From Planctomycetota bacterium (GTDB lineage: Bacteria > Planctomycetota > UBA8108 > SXIK01), in contig OZ244999.1 in NCBI GenBank assembly GCA_965223265.1, positions 3,328,001 through 3,392,000 of the forward strand: a DNA stretch of 64,000 nt, in the 5' to 3' direction. The notes under the pieces are model-generated. The model saw nothing but the letters and a program-made list of their open reading frames with translations, did not search any database and had not been told where the DNA came from. The translations under genes were made by a program, and so were the position numbers. Every line of letters begins with the position of its first letter. The first letter of the stretch is position 1. Positions 20,929 through 30,122 of the stretch are shown here, piece after piece.

Positions 20929-22545
20929 TCACTCGCTATCGGCGGCAGCCGCAGGGACCGTCAGCCATGCTGTCGACAGCCGCTGCTTCCCCGCGGCCCC
21001 GAAGGTCGCCGTCAACCGGCGCCCTGCTGGTGCGATTTCCCGCGCGACGACATGGAACGGAGTTGAAACAGGGCCAGGAGCCGCGGTGAAAAGAGTCAGC
21101 TGAACTTCGCCCGCCGTGTCCGTGCCGGCCGTGGAGACGACGACGGTCTGTGTCACGGAGGCTGGCAGTCCAGTCGCCTTGATCTCCATCGGTCGATCGT
21201 AGCCGTTTTGCCGCGCGACCTTAACAGGGATCTGCAGCGGTTCGCCCGCTTTGAGCGCAAATCGGTCTGCCGCCAGCGTCACGCTGCAGCGTTTTGCCGG
21301 TCGACCGACCTGCAGATTGTAGGTGTACCTAAAACCGCCGTGGCCGAATGCGTCGCGCACCTCCACGACGTAAGTCCCATCCTGTGGCGGCGTGAAGCGC
21401 AGTCGTGCATCCACGCCGTTGGCGTCGTCGTTCGATGCGAGCTCGTTGCCTGCCGTGTCGATGATCCGCAGAACGGCGTCCAGCAAGGACCCGTGAGCTC
21501 GTGCGATGACCGTGAGTTCCAAAGCGCCGCCGTCCTTGCTAGCGTCGAAGGAGTAGCGATCGACGTCACCGCTCTCCAATAGGCGCCCTGCTGCAGAGAC
21601 TGGAGGCGACAGAGGGAGTGGCTGCTCCGGCGTTTCGAGCACGACGGCGTGATCGACGAGCGTCACGGGCACCGCGTTAGCGAGTCGCGGATGGCGGACC
21701 AATACGGAAGTTTGTCGCGTTTCCGCGTGCAAACGTAGTGAGTGGAGATCCGGTGGGAGATTCCACCCGGCGACTTTCAAGTCGCCAGTCGCGCCTCGCT
21801 GCAGGCAGGAGGGGAAAACATGATCCACGAAGGCTTGCGTCGTCAAGGTGAGACGATAGACATACGAAGGCCGACCCGCGAACTCGATCGATTGGTTCGG
21901 GGGAATTGGAAACGCGAACAAACGCACGGCGTACTCACCGCTTCTCGGCGCGGTAAAAATCAAGAATGGATCGCTGCCGACGTCGTCGTCATTTTGCGCT
22001 AAGACGATGCCCTTCGCGGAAAGAAGCTGCAGGACGCCGTCCATGGAGGAACCGAGCGAGCGCACTGCGTCTAGCGCCGCAACGACAGTCTCACCGGCGT
22101 CGAGCTCAAACCGAAACGTATCGTGATCGCCTGTCGATGCGAGTCTGCCGTTGATCACGCATCTAGGCTCGATCTTCTGCGCTGCGGAAAGCCGGTTGTT
22201 CGGCTCGTTCTCACGTGTTTCGGGGCCGCGGCCAACGACAAACGGTCTGGGCGCACTGGCACCCTCGTCGTTGTAGAGACGTATCCAGTACACCCCGGCC
22301 GGAGTCTCTTTCGCGACCGTGATCGCTAGCTCGCCGTTTTTCGCTGCCGGTTCTACGGCGATGTTTTCGCTACTCGTCCATACTCGGGGAGGCCATGGAT
22401 CGACAGCGCCAACGACGAGCACCTGGTGCGTGGCGTCGGCCACACCGCCGGACGGGTAGAGATGCTCAACGTCCGGGGTCGCAGTGCTAAGCCGTGCGGG
22501 GACGCATATCGCGACGGCGACACAGCCGATGAATAGGCGGTTCAT
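20929..22545 (-). CDS. Secreted PPC (pre-peptidase C-terminal) domain protein of planctomycete DUF1549 clusters
   Basis: Signal peptide, LYPSGG, ENEPNN, INGRL..GDHD.FRF, repeated GS.[ML]D.VL...LA.NDD. Confidence 0.8.
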   Translation of the reverse strand: MNRLFIGCVAVAICVPARLSTATPDVEHLYPSGGVADATHQVLVVGAVDPWPPRVWTSSENIAVEPAAKNGELAITVAKETPAGVYWIRLYNDEGASAPRPFVVGRGPETRENEPNNRLSAAQKIEPRCVINGRLASTGDHDTFRFELDAGETVVAALDAVRSLGSSMDGVLQLLSAKGIVLAQNDDDVGSDPFLIFTAPRSGEYAVRLFAFPIPPNQSIEFAGRPSYVYRLTLTTQAFVDHVFPSCLQRGATGDLKVAGWNLPPDLHSLRLHAETRQTSVLVRHPRLANAVPVTLVDHAVVLETPEQPLPLSPPVSAAGRLLESGDVDRYSFDASKDGGALELTVIARAHGSLLDAVLRIIDTAGNELASNDDANGVDARLRFTPPQDGTYVVEVRDAFGHGGFRYTYNLQVGRPAKRCSVTLAADRFALKAGEPLQIPVKVARQNGYDRPMEIKATGLPASVTQTVVVSTAGTDTAGEVQLTLFTAAPGPVSTPFHVVAREIAPAGRRLTATFGAAGKQRLSTAWLTVPAAAADSE

Positions 22546-22560
22546 AGCAAGCAAGGCTGT

Positions 22561-25071
22561 TCAGTTCTTGAAGAAAAACTCCGCGGTGTTGAAAAGCGCC
22601 CAGAGCAGATCTTCGATCGCCTCCTGCCGATTGTCGATGCGTTCAAAGACCTTTTCGGCCGTTTCTCTTTCTCGGGCTGTCGGAAAACGGCTGTAGGTGA
22701 GTAGGTAGAGCTCTTCGACGAGGTCGTTCGGGCTCCGCCCACTAGCAGCCAATTGCGCGACCCGGCCGTCGGGATGCGACAGCTTCGTGTGCAGCTGTGG
22801 TGCGTTCATCAGATGCAGCGCCTGCACAACGCTCGTTTCGCTGGTGCGGTAGCACGGCGGGTCTTGGTTCAGGTCGGGGCGTCCAAATGTGTCGAGAAAG
22901 AGGGACGGCGCCCGGTGCGTCCAGATCGCAGCAGAACGTGATCCGGACGGTACAGCGTCGAACTCCTCTGCGACAAGAGTGACGTCGCACACCGCATCCA
23001 GTAACACTTCGGCGCGTAGGCGTTGACGAAAGTGGCGGGAGTAGTTGCGCGTGTCGACGATGTTCGAAGGCGTTGGCGCGGAGCTCAGGCCGTAGACGTG
23101 CGACGTCATGATGCGACGCAGCAGGTGCTTCAAATCATGGCCGTGTGCGACAAAGTCATTGGCGATCGCGTCAAGGAGCTCGAGATTCGAGGCCGGGTTT
23201 GTGGCGCGAAAGTCGTCGACCGGCTCAACGATCCCGATTCCCATGAGATCAGCCCAGACGCGGTTGACGATGACCCGAGCGAAAGCAGGGTTGTCCTTCG
23301 TCATCCACCTGGCTAAGGCGACGCGCGGGTCCTCACTACCTTGCGGAGGTGCGCTGCCAAAGAGAGGGCGTGGCGCCAGATTCTCTCCGGTTTTGGGGTG
23401 CGATACCGCGCCGCTCGCTGAGGTCAAGATGAACTCCTCGCCGCCGGAGATCGGCGGTGAAAGGCCACTCCCTTTACGTCCGACGCGCGCAAAGTAAGCT
23501 GCAAAGCTGTAAAAGTCGTCCTGCGTCCATATCTCAAAGGGGTGCTTGTGACACTTTGCACATTCCAATCGGATGCCCAGGAAGATCTGGCTGACCAGAG
23601 TGGTTTGTTCGTCGGGGGAGCGGCGATCGCGAAAAACCGTCGGAATGCCGTGACGAATGGTGCTGCCTCGCGCGGTGACGATCCGGCGCACGAATTCGTC
23701 ATATGGGAGGTTCTTTCGAAATGCGCTGCGCACCCAGTTGTCGAGGTTGAGAACGGACTTGATCCCAGTGCGATACGGATTCGGGCGCAGTAGGTCGACC
23801 CACTTATTGGCCCAGTGATCTGCGTATTCGTCGCGCAGCAGGACTGCATCCACCAGGCGAGCTCGTTTATCAGTGGCGGTATCGGCCAGAAACGCGCGCG
23901 CCTCGTCCGCCGAGGGGAGTCGTCCGATCGCATCCAGGTAGACGCGACGAAGAAAGGCGGCGTCAGGGGCGCTTGGCGAGGGCAAGATGTTGAGGCGCGA
24001 CAGTTTTTTCCATACCAGATCGTCGATGAAGTTCTCGCGCGGTAGCCCTGCGTATCGACCTGGATCGACTCGATCGGGCAGTGGAATGGTCACCCGGCAG
24101 GTGGCAATCTCGCCTCGATAGCGAGCCATGATGGTCGCCTCCCCGGGAATCGTCCCCGCGGCGATCAATCCCCGCTCGTCGACTTTTGCTACCGGGCTCT
24201 CGCTCGAGAGGTAGGTCGTGAGCCGCGTCACATCACGCGTCGACTCATCGCTGTAGTGGGCTGTGACGACCAGCTGCTGCGACTCGAGATTAGCCATCAC
24301 TCGGTCGGTAGGGGAAACGCTCAGCGAAGTCAAACGCGCCGCCGTCTCGCCGCCTCTTAGCATGCCCGAGTCGAGCCACGTCGTGAGGACGCGTGTGTCG
24401 GTATCATTCGGCCCGAAGAGCCTGCCACCGCCGTGTGGCAGCTCTGCGGTCGGCTTGAGAAAGAGGAGGCTCCGATCGGGAGAGGTAGCGGCTAGTCGGC
24501 GCGCGTAGCTTCCCTTGGTGAGCGCCAGGTAGTCATAGTCATCGTCGAAGCCGAGGAGTGAGAGCTGAAAACCGTTTTGGCCTCGCTGTTTGCCATGGCA
24601 TGGGCCGGAGTTGCAGCCGTGGCGCGTTAGGATCGGCTGCACGTCGCGTTCGAAGAGAACGGGAGGTGGCGGCTGCATCGCTTCGACGCGAACCGAAACG
24701 CTCGTTTGAGCATCGCCGGCGCGAATGACCACGGTGGCCGTCCCCTCGGCTTTGGGCTCGATCGTACCGTGCTCGGTGACCGTGACGACCCCTGGAGGTT
24801 CAGCGCGAAATTCGGCGACGGCGGTGACGTCGGCGCGGGCCTCGCCTTCATGTCGAGTGACACGAAGCTGCTGCTCGGCGTATGGTCCGCGCAGAACGAC
24901 GTTGGTCGGAAAGACCTGTAGGCCGGCCGCGGCGTGGAGCGGCTTGACGCCAGCAGCGTTGAACGTGACCACGCAGGCGAGGGCGAACCCCAGGCGCATC
25001 GACCTGCGGCGCCATGCAGCTGCGCGGAGCGTTCCGTGGAGGGACTCTGGTGAAGGGGCCTCGTGACACAC
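22561..25071 (-). CDS. DUF1549/DUF1553 (PSCyt2/PSD1) protein with Ig-like domains
   Basis: FERDVQPILTRHGCNSGPCHGK, NFIDDLV, FLRRVYLD.IGRLP, FLGIRLECAKCH, VNRVWA..MGIGIVEPVDDF, QALHLMN, DLLWALFNTAEF. True start may lie slightly downstream. Confidence 0.92.
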   Translation of the reverse strand: MCHEAPSPESLHGTLRAAAWRRRSMRLGFALACVVTFNAAGVKPLHAAAGLQVFPTNVVLRGPYAEQQLRVTRHEGEARADVTAVAEFRAEPPGVVTVTEHGTIEPKAEGTATVVIRAGDAQTSVSVRVEAMQPPPPVLFERDVQPILTRHGCNSGPCHGKQRGQNGFQLSLLGFDDDYDYLALTKGSYARRLAATSPDRSLLFLKPTAELPHGGGRLFGPNDTDTRVLTTWLDSGMLRGGETAARLTSLSVSPTDRVMANLESQQLVVTAHYSDESTRDVTRLTTYLSSESPVAKVDERGLIAAGTIPGEATIMARYRGEIATCRVTIPLPDRVDPGRYAGLPRENFIDDLVWKKLSRLNILPSPSAPDAAFLRRVYLDAIGRLPSADEARAFLADTATDKRARLVDAVLLRDEYADHWANKWVDLLRPNPYRTGIKSVLNLDNWVRSAFRKNLPYDEFVRRIVTARGSTIRHGIPTVFRDRRSPDEQTTLVSQIFLGIRLECAKCHKHPFEIWTQDDFYSFAAYFARVGRKGSGLSPPISGGEEFILTSASGAVSHPKTGENLAPRPLFGSAPPQGSEDPRVALARWMTKDNPAFARVIVNRVWADLMGIGIVEPVDDFRATNPASNLELLDAIANDFVAHGHDLKHLLRRIMTSHVYGLSSAPTPSNIVDTRNYSRHFRQRLRAEVLLDAVCDVTLVAEEFDAVPSGSRSAAIWTHRAPSLFLDTFGRPDLNQDPPCYRTSETSVVQALHLMNAPQLHTKLSHPDGRVAQLAASGRSPNDLVEELYLLTYSRFPTARERETAEKVFERIDNRQEAIEDLLWALFNTAEFFFKN

Positions 25072-25336
25072 GATGGATCTCCCGGCGTAGCTTCGGTCCT
25101 TCGTGACTGTCCGTCCGGACTTCCGACCGTACTTTCGGCCGGCACCAAGTCGGCGACGACTTGCGCCAGAGAGGACCGTAAAGTGTGATATGCAGTCTAT
25201 TTCCCGCTGCGTCGAAAAGCAATTCTCGCGCTACCGGCGGGCCGCAGCGCGGCGGCGTCCTCAATAGATCCGGAGACCTGCTCGTTGAGCTGCGGTACGG
25301 CTTTGGGGGAGGTTCGCCGGCGAGTTCCCAGAAAGG

Positions 25337-26527
25337 TCACTGTGCACCGGAGAGCACGGCGTCGAGCAGGCGAGGTGATTTGCCGAACTTGCGCACATAT
25401 TCGTGGCGCGTCGGTAGCAGGCGCGTTTTCACTTTGGCGTCATGATGCAGGGCGATGGCGCTCAGTTTGTGGTCGATGGACGGGTTGCCAAACCGTTCGA
25501 GCGTCTGCCGCGCGAACTCTTCCGCTGCCGCGACCTCGCTCGCCACCGTCGGCACGATCTCTTCGAAGAGCAGTTCCTCGAGCCAGGTTCGAACTTCAGG
25601 GGCCTCGACGGCTGCGCGCACCGTTTCGAAGCCGAGGGGGCGGGCCTTACTCACGAGTGCGGTGTGAGCGCCGTTCAGGATGCGTACCTTGCGGAGCTGA
25701 TAGGGTCGGACGTCCTCGACATGCTCGATCGAAGCGTGCTCGAACAGCTGGGGAGCATCCTCCTTCTTCTCAATCACCCATAGGGCGAACGGCTCTGTCG
25801 CCGTCAGAAGCGGGTCCTCCGACAGAAGCGGATGCGCAGCCGGGCGACCTGTGACGATGCGGTCGACGAGCGTGTTGGGCCAATGGCACTCGCCCGCGAC
25901 CCAGGAACGAAACGCCGCGGGCGACTTCCAGCGCTCCGCCAACTCGAGCACGACGCGGCGCAAGCGGTCGCCGTTATTTTCCAGCAGCTCGCAAGGCAAG
26001 ATTGTCAGAGGGCCGACGTCGGCGTCGTAGCGTCGCTTCAAAAGGACGAGGAGCTTTGCCGGAAACGCCTGCGGCGGCGCCGACGTGAAGTCGTCATTAT
26101 CGGTCAAGGCGTAGCCGGCCTCGGTAGTGTTCGAGACGACCCAATTGAGATCAGGAGATGTCGCGAGATCGGCGATGGTCTCCCACTCTGAGCGCGCTAT
26201 TAACGCTCTGCTGATGCTCTTGATTCGGGTTGCCGTGTCGACCGCTTCTCCGCCGGAAAATCCTCGCACGAGAACCGTGTAGGCGCAGTCGTGGGCGTTG
26301 AGGAGCTCGGCGTTGCCGCTATCAGTAGACTGAATGACGGCGACTCGACCGACTTTCTGTCCAGAATCATTGGCTTCCTGGACGAAGAAGTCCGTAAATG
26401 CACGCAGAAAGTTGCCGGTGCCGAACTGAAGGATGGTCTCCCGGCAATCGTGCCTCGACTCGGTGTTTATGGGCGAAGCAGAACGTTTCACGTAGGCACT
26501 ATATCGAGCCACGCTGCTGGTGAGCAA
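25337..26527 (-). CDS. uxaB: Altronate dehydrogenase / tagaturonate reductase (mannitol dehydrogenase family)
   Basis: ILQFGTGNFLRAF, VSNTTEAG, FPAKL, LPCEL..NG, NTLVDRIV, EPFALWVIE, RKVRILNGAHT, RF.NP. Start uncertain. Confidence 0.85.
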   Translation of the reverse strand: MLTSSVARYSAYVKRSASPINTESRHDCRETILQFGTGNFLRAFTDFFVQEANDSGQKVGRVAVIQSTDSGNAELLNAHDCAYTVLVRGFSGGEAVDTATRIKSISRALIARSEWETIADLATSPDLNWVVSNTTEAGYALTDNDDFTSAPPQAFPAKLLVLLKRRYDADVGPLTILPCELLENNGDRLRRVVLELAERWKSPAAFRSWVAGECHWPNTLVDRIVTGRPAAHPLLSEDPLLTATEPFALWVIEKKEDAPQLFEHASIEHVEDVRPYQLRKVRILNGAHTALVSKARPLGFETVRAAVEAPEVRTWLEELLFEEIVPTVASEVAAAEEFARQTLERFGNPSIDHKLSAIALHHDAKVKTRLLPTRHEYVRKFGKSPRLLDAVLSGAQ

Positions 26528-26629
26528 GGCGACAGTTGATTTGGCGCTGACGCCGCCAGGACGATTCAGACTGCGCCGCAGTGAGAACCGCGCTGCTCAG
26601 GCTCTCGCTTTCAGCACATGGAGGTTAGG

Positions 26630-27134
26630 CATGGAAAAGGCACGTTTTGTCTCTCGGCTCATCTGCGCCCTGAGTGCGCAACTCATCGTCGCCCTTTTGG
26701 GTGTTGGCTGCGTCGCTGTCGTACCGTACAACGCGAACGAGTCTTACGCCGAGACGGTTTCGTGGCAGGAGGTTGAACGGGCGTTCGGGGAAGTGATCAC
26801 ACGCGCGGTCGATCCTCGTATCCTTTCGGCGGAGCTCGACAAGAACTACTATCGCTATGAGGCGGAGCAAGTGATTCACGGGCCGTACGGCATTCCGATG
26901 GGAAGTACGCCGCGGCCGCAGCAGATTCACTTTGCGAACGTCAGTCGCACGGAACTCTACGAGAATCACTTCGTCTACGTTTACGACGTCCGCAATCGTC
27001 TCGTCGATAAGATCCTGTTCGGATCAGGCGCCGACGCCCGGACGTTCATTGATATCGTCATGTCGGCGCGCGGCCGGCGTCTGGGCGAGCAGAGCGAGAA
27101 AGATTCCGCGCCGGCTGAATCCACGGCGCAATAA
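26630..27134 (+). CDS. Hypothetical lipoprotein
   Basis: GGAGG RBS before ATG 26630; hydrophobic segment ending LLGVGC. Confidence 0.65.
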
Positions 27135-27395
27135 CTCGCAGCCGTGACATTGAGGTGTGACATGAGGTGTGACGTCGCGTCGGCGGCGCCTCAACCAGTA
27201 CCTTCCGTGCGAAGACGCAGCGCAGCGCGATGTTAAGGCGTTTTTCGCCGCTCGGGTGGTGTGATACGCCTCCTTCGCACCTCGTTCTTTACACTAGGGC
27301 TCTGTCTGTTGTAACTTCGATATCAACCTTTCACTGTGAGAGCCTAGTCTTCCCGTCATGCCGGTTCGTGTCGAACTCGTTTCAGAGGCAAGTCC

Positions 27396-28415
27396 ATGAG
27401 TCTTTTTACGCGACAGCCGCACCAGCGCATCTGCATATCTACTGTGTCTTTCTGTTTCGTGCTGATGGTCAGCGCAGGAACCTTTTCGCCTGAGGTCGCG
27501 GCGGACGACAAGAACGAGAAGTCAGCGGCAGACGAGAAGGCCAAGCCACAAGAGGACAAGCCAAAAGCAAAACTGCTGAGCGCCGGTACCCCGATGACGA
27601 ACTCCATCGGCATGAAGTTCGCGCCGGTGCCATCTGGCGAGTTCCTCATGGGGTCGACGAACGAGTTCGGACGACTTGCCCACGAGCATCAGCACAAGGT
27701 GATGTTGTCGAAAGGCTTTTTCCTTGGCGTCTACGAAGTGACGCAAGCGCAGTACGAAAAAGTCATTGGCAAGAATCCAAGTTTCTTTTCGAGTACTGGG
27801 GAGGGGAAAGATCGGGTCGAAGGTGAGACGGCGGACTATCCAGTGGAAAACGTCTCGTGGCACGACGCTGTCGAGTTCTGCCGTTTGCTCTCGGAATTGC
27901 CGGAAGAGAAGGCCGCGGGTCGTTCGTACCGCCTGCCCACCGAGGCGGAGTGGGAGTATGCGTGCCGTGCCGGCTCAACGACTCCGTTTCACTACGGCGA
28001 ATCGCTCGCATCGACGCAAGCGAACTTCGATGGAAATCATCCTTACCTAACGCGCGCCGACGTCATCGCCGGTGAGAGTCCAGAAAAGCTGAAAGGACCC
28101 TATCTCAAGCGACCCACGAAAGTTGGTTCGTACGAACCCAACTCTCTCGGGATTTACGACATGCACGGAAACGTGTGGGAATGGGTCTCCGATTGGTACA
28201 GCCCGGTCTACTACAAGAGTTCGCCCGCGGAGGATCCGACGGGACCTCAAGAAGGGGACAAGAAGGTGTCACGTGGTGGAGGTTGGTACTACTTCGGCGC
28301 CGCGATGCGCTCCGCCGCCCGATACGACCGCGCGCCAGACGAGAAGCGTCGCACGGACGGCTTTCGCGTCGTCTGTGTGGGGCCAGATGTCAAATCGAAG
28401 GTCCAGCGTTTTTGA
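27396..28415 (+). CDS. Secreted SUMF1/FGE-sulfatase-domain protein, probably non-catalytic
   Basis: NSIGMKF, FLMGS, YEVTQAQY, PVENVSW, RLPTEAEWEYACRAG, DMHGNVWEW, RGGGW. The FGE catalytic Cys pair is absent. Confidence 0.92.
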   Translation: MSLFTRQPHQRICISTVSFCFVLMVSAGTFSPEVAADDKNEKSAADEKAKPQEDKPKAKLLSAGTPMTNSIGMKFAPVPSGEFLMGSTNEFGRLAHEHQHKVMLSKGFFLGVYEVTQAQYEKVIGKNPSFFSSTGEGKDRVEGETADYPVENVSWHDAVEFCRLLSELPEEKAAGRSYRLPTEAEWEYACRAGSTTPFHYGESLASTQANFDGNHPYLTRADVIAGESPEKLKGPYLKRPTKVGSYEPNSLGIYDMHGNVWEWVSDWYSPVYYKSSPAEDPTGPQEGDKKVSRGGGWYYFGAAMRSAARYDRAPDEKRRTDGFRVVCVGPDVKSKVQRF

Positions 28416-28577
28416 ATACGGTTGTGGACCTGTAAGAGCAGTGAGCGCGACCGCAGCGTCGCAGCTTGTCGACGCGCGACGGCCTGCGCCGAAGTATGCT
28501 CAGCAACTCAGCATTCGGAGCCGGCCGACGGAGTTCGAGCTTTCTTGAGTTGAGGGCGTTTTTTTGCTGCCACTGCT

Positions 28578-30122
28578 TCAGCCTTCCACTGGCCAGCAGA
28601 CGATGGCAGCGGAGCGAGCCGGTAGTGGGAGGCTGACACGCGGTGGGCGGCCGCTGCAGGGCGGCGCTGAAGCGCTGGCGTCGTCGTCGCAGGAGCGCCA
28701 GATCGTTGTTCGCTCCGAAAAGCGCAACGTCGTGGGTAGTCGTAGCCTCAAGCTCTTCGCCTCTGCTGCAGCGTTGATGCAAACGATGGCCAACTCGCGT
28801 CGGTGCCAGCGCGCGAACGCGAGGATGCCGTCCGCAGCGCCTACCGCGACCCACTCGCCGCTACGGAGCGCGGGGTGTTCCCTGCGCAACGCGATGAGGC
28901 GGCGGAAAAAGTCCCGCGTCGGAAGATGCCAAGCGGACTCGTGCCACGGAAACGCACCACGACATCCCGGATCAGCCTCGCCGGTGAGGCCGATCTCGTC
29001 ACCGTAGTAGATGCACGGTACGCCCGGAAACGTCATCTGCAGCACTGCGGCGAGTCGAACGGCGTCGTCGTCACCCGAGACCAGTGTGCGGACTCGGGCG
29101 GTATCATGACTGCCGATGAGGTTGAGCTGCGAAAGCGCCGTTGCGGGAGAGTAGGCCGAAGCAAGACGTTCCAGCGCAGCGAGCGCTTGTGACGCGGTGA
29201 GCGTCGTCAGGGTTTGGCCACCGGCTTCCAGATCACCTCGCAGCTCTGCTGCCGCAAAGCCAAGAGCGACTCGATAGAGCGGATAGTTCATCAATCCATC
29301 GAACCGGTTGCCTGTCAGCCACTCCGGAGCGAGGTCCCAAATCTCCCCGACGAGATAGGCGCTGCGGTTGTGCCGGTGCACGCGCTCGCGAAACTCTGAC
29401 CAGAATCCCGGCGCCGAGATTTCCTCGGGGACGTCGAGTCGCCAGCCGTCCACACCGAATAGCGTCCAGTGCTCGACGACGTCAAGGACGTACTCCCGTA
29501 CAGCCGGATTGTCGAGATTGAGCTTCGGGAGTGCCGGCATCTGCCACCAGGCGTCGTAGGTCGGCTCGGAGCTTTCAGCGTAGGCTTGGACGGGCCACTC
29601 CTTGATACAGAACCAGTCGGCGTACGGCGAGTCCTCGCCACACTCGAGAATGTGGTGGAACGGCCAGAACCCGCGGCCAGTGTGATTGAACACGCCATCG
29701 AGAATCAGCCGCATGCTGCGTCGTTTCAGGGCGTCTCGGAGCTCCGTCAAGGCTGCGACACCGCCGAGAAGCGGGTCGACGGAATAGTAGTCGTAGGTGT
29801 GGTAGCGATGGTTACTCGCTGAGCTGAAGATGGGGTTGAGATAGATCGTGTTGACACCGAGGTCTGCGAGGTAATCGAGACGCTCGGTCACGCCGAACAG
29901 GTCGCCGCCTTTGAATCCATAAAGGGACGGTGGCGCGTCCCATGCCTCGAGCTCTCCTGGTGGGGGCACTCTGGCGCTGCGCGCGAAGCGGTCGGGGAAG
30001 ATCTGGTAGACGACGGCATCGGCGAGCCACGACGGCGATGGCTGGGCGGCGCTGACAGTGGTGCTGAGATCCCCAGCTGGGACAACGAACTCCACCGGAC
30101 GCTCTGGCATTGCGCTCGCCAC
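28578..30122 (-). CDS. GH13 cyclomaltodextrinase/neopullulanase-like glycosidase
   Basis: YQIFPDRF, GGDL.G, SNHRYHTYDY, DGVFNH, GWRLDVP, GEIW, GSHD, IYYGDEIG. Confidence 0.95.
   Translation of the reverse strand: MASAMPERPVEFVVPAGDLSTTVSAAQPSPSWLADAVVYQIFPDRFARSARVPPPGELEAWDAPPSLYGFKGGDLFGVTERLDYLADLGVNTIYLNPIFSSASNHRYHTYDYYSVDPLLGGVAALTELRDALKRRSMRLILDGVFNHTGRGFWPFHHILECGEDSPYADWFCIKEWPVQAYAESSEPTYDAWWQMPALPKLNLDNPAVREYVLDVVEHWTLFGVDGWRLDVPEEISAPGFWSEFRERVHRHNRSAYLVGEIWDLAPEWLTGNRFDGLMNYPLYRVALGFAAAELRGDLEAGGQTLTTLTASQALAALERLASAYSPATALSQLNLIGSHDTARVRTLVSGDDDAVRLAAVLQMTFPGVPCIYYGDEIGLTGEADPGCRGAFPWHESAWHLPTRDFFRRLIALRREHPALRSGEWVAVGAADGILAFARWHRRELAIVCINAAAEAKSLRLRLPTTLRFSERTTIWRSCDDDASASAPPCSGRPPRVSLPLPARSAAIVCWPVEG

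Noticed and set aside
27396-28415. FGE/CLec-fold protein as a diversity-generating retroelement target
   Set aside because: No reverse transcriptase and no template-repeat copy of its 3' end seen in the window.
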